In this document: positions 59,717 through 64,000 of the stretch, in pieces
How positions within the stretch are numbered: position 1 is the stretch's first letter
Layout of the letters: each line of letters opens with the position of its first letter
Assembly: GCA_963977015.1 (NCBI GenBank)
Contig: CAXBMO010000030.1
Location: 1 to 64,000, forward strand
DNA from: an uncultured bacterium
Lineage (GTDB): Bacteria; Verrucomicrobiota; Verrucomicrobiia; Verrucomicrobiales; DEV007
Direction of reading: 5' to 3'
Length of the DNA: 64,000 bases
Program-made: the position numbers and the translations under genes
Notes under the pieces: model-generated
What the model saw: only the letters and a program-made list of their open reading frames with translations
What the model was told of the DNA's origin: nothing
Database searches by the model: none

Positions 59717-60682
59717 CTAAATCACCGGCTCGTTCAGCGGTGTGAGCGGGCGTTCGCCCAAAAGGACGCGTCGCACATTTTCGGCTGCGGTCAGGCGGGC
59801 GACCTTCCGGGCTTCGCGGGTCGCGCCGCCGAGATGAGGCGTCAGCACGACGTTCTCCATCGTCAACAACTCCGGGTGAACCTCCGGCTCGTGCTCAAAC
59901 ACATCGAGCCCCGCTCCGCCCAACTGACCCGACTTCAGCGCGTCCACCAGCGCCGTTTCATGAACCACCGGCCCACGAGCCAGGTTCACCAGAAACGCTC
60001 CCCGCTTCATCATCGCCAACGCATCGGCATCGATCAGGTGACGCGTTTCCGGCGTCAAGGGCGTGTGGAGGCTCACGATGTCCGCTTCGGCAAGAAGATC
60101 GCCCAGGATACGATACCCGCAGCCGTCATCGGGCGTGCGGCGATGGTAAATCACTTTCATCCCAAACGCCTCAGCGCGTTGTGCGACCGCCTTGCCAATC
60201 GCGCCGAACCCAACGATCCCGAGCGTCTTTCCGCGCAATTCCATCCCTTCCCAATTCTGGGTCACAATGCCTTTTGCCGCCCAGTCGCCGGAGCGCACAA
60301 ACTGATCGCCCGTAACGGTCTTCCGCGCCAAACCCAGGATCAGGGCAAACGCGGCATCGGCCGTCGCGTCGACGAACGCGTCCGGCGTATTCGTCCCCCA
60401 AATTCCATGCTCGGCCATCGCCTCGAGCGGCAGATTGTTGAACCCCGCCGCCGTATTCGCCAGCACGCGCAGGCTCGGGAACTCTGCCAGTCGTGCCGGA
60501 TCGATCTTCAACTCACCGGGAATGATCGCGCCAGCGGCTGAGTGCTCCTGGATCGTGGTCGCCAACTCCTCAAACGTCATCACATTGGCGTGATCGGGCT
60601 GGATGATGTGGGCCACGTCGTGCAACGGCTCAAGATAGTCGTCAGGTACACGGACGGCATTGATCACGGTGGGTTGGCTCAT
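59717..60682 (-). CDS. D-isomer 2-hydroxyacid dehydrogenase (glyoxylate reductase-like)
   Basis: GIVGFGAIG, SLHTPLT, N.ARG.VV, LDVFE.EP, TPHLG. Confidence 0.92.
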   Translation of the reverse strand: MSQPTVINAVRVPDDYLEPLHDVAHIIQPDHANVMTFEELATTIQEHSAAGAIIPGELKIDPARLAEFPSLRVLANTAAGFNNLPLEAMAEHGIWGTNTPDAFVDATADAAFALILGLARKTVTGDQFVRSGDWAAKGIVTQNWEGMELRGKTLGIVGFGAIGKAVAQRAEAFGMKVIYHRRTPDDGCGYRILGDLLAEADIVSLHTPLTPETRHLIDADALAMMKRGAFLVNLARGPVVHETALVDALKSGQLGGAGLDVFEHEPEVHPELLTMENVVLTPHLGGATREARKVARLTAAENVRRVLLGERPLTPLNEPVI

Positions 60683-61338
60683 GGGGAAAGGTAGGTCGTG
60701 GGGTCGGGGACGCCGGAAAGGGTGAACGCCTCGATTCGCTCCACGCAGGTGCCGCACGTTCCGCAATGGATCTCGCCGCCCTTGTAGCACGACCAGGTTT
60801 GCGCGAAGTCGACGCCCAGTTCCGCCCCGCGCGCTGCGATCGCCGTCTTATCCATCGCGATGAACGGACGCAACAGTTCGATCTCCGCATACGTTCCCGT
60901 CCGCATCGCCTGCGCCATGCCCTCCATGAACGGTTCCCGGCAATCCGGATAGATGGTGTGATCGCCGGAATGCGCTGCGATGACGAGTCCCTCCGCCTCC
61001 CGGCTTTCGGCAAAGCCACACGCGATCGACAGCATGATCCCGTTGCGAAACGGAACCACGGTCCGCTTCATGCTCGCCTCCTCATAGTGACCGTCCGGGA
61101 CCTCGCCGCCGGACTTCAACAGGTCCGACGCGAACAATTCGTTCATGAAACCCAGCTCGATCACCTCATGCGCCACGCCCAGCTTCTCCGCGTGATGGCT
61201 GGCAAAGGGAATCTCACGGGCATTGTGCTTTGAGCCGTAATCAAAGCTCAAGGTCGCTGCGATTTCGTGCGTTTCCGCCGCATCATAAAGCGCCGTCACC
61301 GAATCCATTCCGCCACTCAAGAGGACAACGACTTTCAT
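60679..61338 (-). CDS. queC: 7-cyano-7-deazaguanine synthase
   Basis: SGGMDS, VPFRN, YPDCR, TWSCY, CG.CG.C. Confidence 0.96.
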   Translation of the reverse strand: MKVVVLLSGGMDSVTALYDAAETHEIAATLSFDYGSKHNAREIPFASHHAEKLGVAHEVIELGFMNELFASDLLKSGGEVPDGHYEEASMKRTVVPFRNGIMLSIACGFAESREAEGLVIAAHSGDHTIYPDCREPFMEGMAQAMRTGTYAEIELLRPFIAMDKTAIAARGAELGVDFAQTWSCYKGGEIHCGTCGTCVERIEAFTLSGVPDPTTYLSP

Positions 61339-61341
61339 GGG

Positions 61342-61755
61342 TTAATCGGGTTCGGGATACGTCACTTCGACGGAAAGGCTGATGCCGCCACGCGCCGCAA
61401 ACTGGCCAAACACCTCCAGCTTCTGCGGTTGGCACACCGCCATGAGATCATCCGCGATGCGATTGACAATTTCCTCGTTAAACGCCGCCGTGTGGCGAAA
61501 TGACGCCAGGTAATACTTGAGCGACTTCGTCTCGACGCACAGCTCGCCCGGAATGTAGGCAATCTGCAACTGCGCGTAATCCGGCTGCCCCGTCACCGGG
61601 CAATGGGAGCTGAACTCCGCGCAATCCAGCTTGATCCAATACTTCCGGTGCGGCGAATGATTCGCAAACGTCTCCAGAATTTCCGCGCTCGGCGACTGCG
61701 GCAAATCCGAGGAACTCCCCAGCAACTTCAGGTCAGGCTTTTCGGCATCAGGCAT
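61342..61755 (-). CDS. queF: preQ0 reductase (short type I)
   Basis: EFSS.CPVTGQPD, VE.KSLK.Y, F..RGGI. Confidence 0.95.
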   Translation of the reverse strand: MPDAEKPDLKLLGSSSDLPQSPSAEILETFANHSPHRKYWIKLDCAEFSSHCPVTGQPDYAQLQIAYIPGELCVETKSLKYYLASFRHTAAFNEEIVNRIADDLMAVCQPQKLEVFGQFAARGGISLSVEVTYPEPD

Positions 61756-61843
61756 TGGGGGACTCTAGGGTGGGGGAACCCGGAATTCAAATCCCCGGCG
61801 CATCGGAATCTCGCGTTGCCAGCGACCCTCGGTTCCCGTTTCG

Positions 61844-62063
61844 CGTCGCAGAGCGACGAAGCATGGTAGGCGTGGGTTTCAACCCACGTTCGGGATGATG
61901 GTTCCACGGCGTCGCGTCAGCGACTGCTCATCTGGAGAATGTTGATTAGCGCGATTCGCGTTGCTTTCAGAGCTGAGCAGTCGCTGACGCGACGCCGGTT
62001 CTCTTACGCTTTAACCGTGGGCTAAAGCCGCACGGCTATCATGAGCGGTCGCTAAACGCGACG
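61844..62063. repeat. REPIN-like nested inverted-repeat element
   Basis: Perfect 24-bp IR 61907-61930/61974-61997 flanked by cgtgggtttcaacccacg-type hairpins and gtcgc..gcgac units. Confidence 0.85.
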
Positions 62064-62090
62064 ACCGCGGCGCTACGGCTGCTATACCTA

Positions 62091-63128
62091 TTACAACGCT
62101 TCCGCGGCGTCGAGGATGACGCGTTCGGTCGTTTTCCAGTCGATGCAGGCGTCGGTGATGGATTGGCCGTAGTTGAGGCTCTCGGCGCTGGGGAATTTCT
62201 GGTTTCCGGCTTTGAGGTTGCTCTCCATCATGATGGCGGTGATGGAGCGGTTGCCCTTGGCGCGTTGGGCAAGGATGTCTTCGAGAACGGCGGGTTGGCG
62301 GTTGTGATCCTTGTCGCTGTTGCCGTGACTGCAGTCGATCATCATGGTTTGGGGAAGACCGGCTTTTTCAAGGCGTTCTTCGGTTTCGGCGACGTGTTGG
62401 GCCGAGTAGTTGGGGCCGTTGGAGCCGCCGCGCAGAATGATGTGGCAATGGGGATTGCCGCTGGTGCGAACGGAGGAGGCGGTGCCTTGTGAGCTGATGC
62501 CGAGAAAGGTTTGCGGCTGGGTCGCAGCGAGAATCGCGTTGATGGCGGGCGCGAGCGAACCGGGCGTTGAGTTCTTGAAGCCGACCGGCATGGAGAGACC
62601 GGAGGCCATCTGGCGGTGGGTCTGGGACTCGGTGGTGCGCGCGCCAATGGCCGACCAACAGATGAAGTCGGCGATGTATTGCGGCGTAATCGGGTCGAGC
62701 AACTCAGTTGCCGTCGGCATCCCGAGATCGATCAATTCGCGTAGAAACTGGCGCGCCTGGCGCAGGCCTTCGGGAATGTCGTCCGTGCCGTCGAGATGGG
62801 GATCCATGATGAGCCCTTTCCAGCCGAGCGTGGTGCGGGGCTTCTCGAAATAGGCGCGCATGACGATGTAGACCTTCTCGTTGACCTTTTCAGCCAAATC
62901 GCGCAGGCGTTCGGCATACTCCAGGCCAGCCTTGGTATCGTGAATCGAGCAGGGGCCGACGACGAAGAGGAGCCGGGGATCGCGGCGATAGAGGATTTCT
63001 GCAATGTGTTGCCGCGACTGGGAAACAAATGCGGCCTGGGCCTCGTTGCGTGGAATTTCCTCGAGGAATTCCCCGGGAGTCGGAAGTGGGATGTTGGCCT
63101 CGATATGGAGATCAGTGACGTCCTTCAT
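62091..63128 (-). CDS. 3-deoxy-7-phosphoheptulonate (DAHP) synthase, class I alpha
   Basis: VGPCSIHD, YFEKPRT..GWKG, IGARTTESQ.HR, DCSHGNS, SITD.C. Confidence 0.95.
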   Translation of the reverse strand: MKDVTDLHIEANIPLPTPGEFLEEIPRNEAQAAFVSQSRQHIAEILYRRDPRLLFVVGPCSIHDTKAGLEYAERLRDLAEKVNEKVYIVMRAYFEKPRTTLGWKGLIMDPHLDGTDDIPEGLRQARQFLRELIDLGMPTATELLDPITPQYIADFICWSAIGARTTESQTHRQMASGLSMPVGFKNSTPGSLAPAINAILAATQPQTFLGISSQGTASSVRTSGNPHCHIILRGGSNGPNYSAQHVAETEERLEKAGLPQTMMIDCSHGNSDKDHNRQPAVLEDILAQRAKGNRSITAIMMESNLKAGNQKFPSAESLNYGQSITDACIDWKTTERVILDAAEAL

Positions 63129-63217
63129 GGAACGGAGAACATAGCGCACCCTCAGAGATTTCCAATCTCCGTGTCGTTCTGATTGTCGATCAAGGGTGGG
63201 CAGGCGGCTTTGGGGGC

Positions 63218-63850
63218 TTAGAGAGGCTTGACTTTGATACTCTTAAAGTGGACTTCGCTGCCAGGATCGTGGCACTGGATGGCGATGGTGCCGCTGCTGA
63301 GCTTGCGATCAAACGGTCCTTCGATCACCGGGCCACCTTCGGGCTCGGTGTAATCAACCGTGGTTTCGCCATTCACTTTGATGATGATCCGGCTGCCTTT
63401 GACGATGATGTGATACTCGAACCACTCGTTGTCCTTGTGAGGGGCGATATCCATCACGTTTTCAACCGCGTAGAGGCTGCCGGTCTTCTTGGGATCCTTG
63501 TGAGTGGCGTTGATTTGAGCTTCGTAACCTTTTTTGGGCCAGCCTTCGTCCTGAAATTCGGTGTGGAAGTAGAAGCCGGCGTTGGCGCTTGGCTTCGTCA
63601 GGATGACGAGCTTGGCTTCAAAGTCGGTGAACTTGGCGCCGCCAACCGAGCCGACGTAAAAAAGGTGCGAGCGTTCGCCGAGAGCCACCAGTTCCCCGTC
63701 GACGACTTTAAAGGAGTCAGGATTCTCGTTCACCTTCCATCCCGTCAGATCCTTGCCGTTCAGCAACTCGTGAAAGCCGTCTTCGTCTTGAGCGGTGAGG
63801 AGAGCGGCGGAGGAAAGGAAGAGCGCAACGAGGGTTTTTAGCGATTTCAT
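63218..63850 (-). CDS. Secreted DUF1080 family protein
   Basis: L.NGKDL.GW, AN.G.YF, GYE.QI, G.IA.Q.H. Confidence 0.88.
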   Translation of the reverse strand: MKSLKTLVALFLSSAALLTAQDEDGFHELLNGKDLTGWKVNENPDSFKVVDGELVALGERSHLFYVGSVGGAKFTDFEAKLVILTKPSANAGFYFHTEFQDEGWPKKGYEAQINATHKDPKKTGSLYAVENVMDIAPHKDNEWFEYHIIVKGSRIIIKVNGETTVDYTEPEGGPVIEGPFDRKLSSGTIAIQCHDPGSEVHFKSIKVKPL

Positions 63851-64000
63851 GGCGTCTTGATTAGGGTGGATTCCCGCTTTGGCAAGCCAAAAGCCCGACA
63901 GGGGCCGGTCCGGGGCCAGAAATTGAGGGAGCGGAGGAAGTTTGTTGAGGAATTTGCGCTCTGTGGCGTCGAATGAATCCAAATCAAAAGCTCCTGCGTC

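Noticed and set aside
61756-61845. preQ1 riboswitch or tRNA upstream of queF
   Set aside because: No preQ1 stem with A-rich tail and no cloverleaf; only a partial T-loop-like string
1-64000. CRISPR array, rRNA/tRNA, prophage, retron/DGR
   Set aside because: No regularly spaced repeat-spacer units, structural RNA signatures, phage structural genes or reverse transcriptase recognised; the DUF1501 repeats differ mainly at synonymous sites rather than at adenines as in DGR TR/VR pairs

Overview
GC-rich bacterial chromosomal window, most likely from the PVC superphylum and probably Verrucomicrobiota. This is inferred from DUF1501, DUF1592-type cytochrome c, DUF1080, SHD1 and ThuA/PVC-type dehydrogenase genes and a TGS-less ThrRS. 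Core genes: ABC-F, mazG, a partial type II secretion cluster (gspF-G-H-I-J-K, interrupted by an amidase), infC, thrS, coaX, ROK kinase, trmB, queC/queF and DAHP synthase. Main hidden structures: (1) A ~12.5 kb accessory region between thrS and a DUF1501 gene, bounded and subdivided by three copies of the DUF1501 3' end, with no integrase. It carries a CHASE2-cyclase/Ser-Thr kinase/FecR/SHD1/ECF-sigma signalling module. (2) Inside that region, an integrase-less integron remnant with a Pc-like promoter, a core site, a DUF2971 cassette, an attC and a second cassette. (3) The same cargo-plus-relic-3'-end pattern at a second locus (DUF3095 next to the ThuA/cytochrome c gene). (4) An orphan SLOG-SLATT conflict-type gene and a stand-alone polyvalent-protein-type kinase. 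(5) A TetR/ECF pair with shared operator-like boxes next to a peroxiredoxin. I recognised no rRNA, tRNA or CRISPR array. All family calls come from motif recognition by eye, not database searches.
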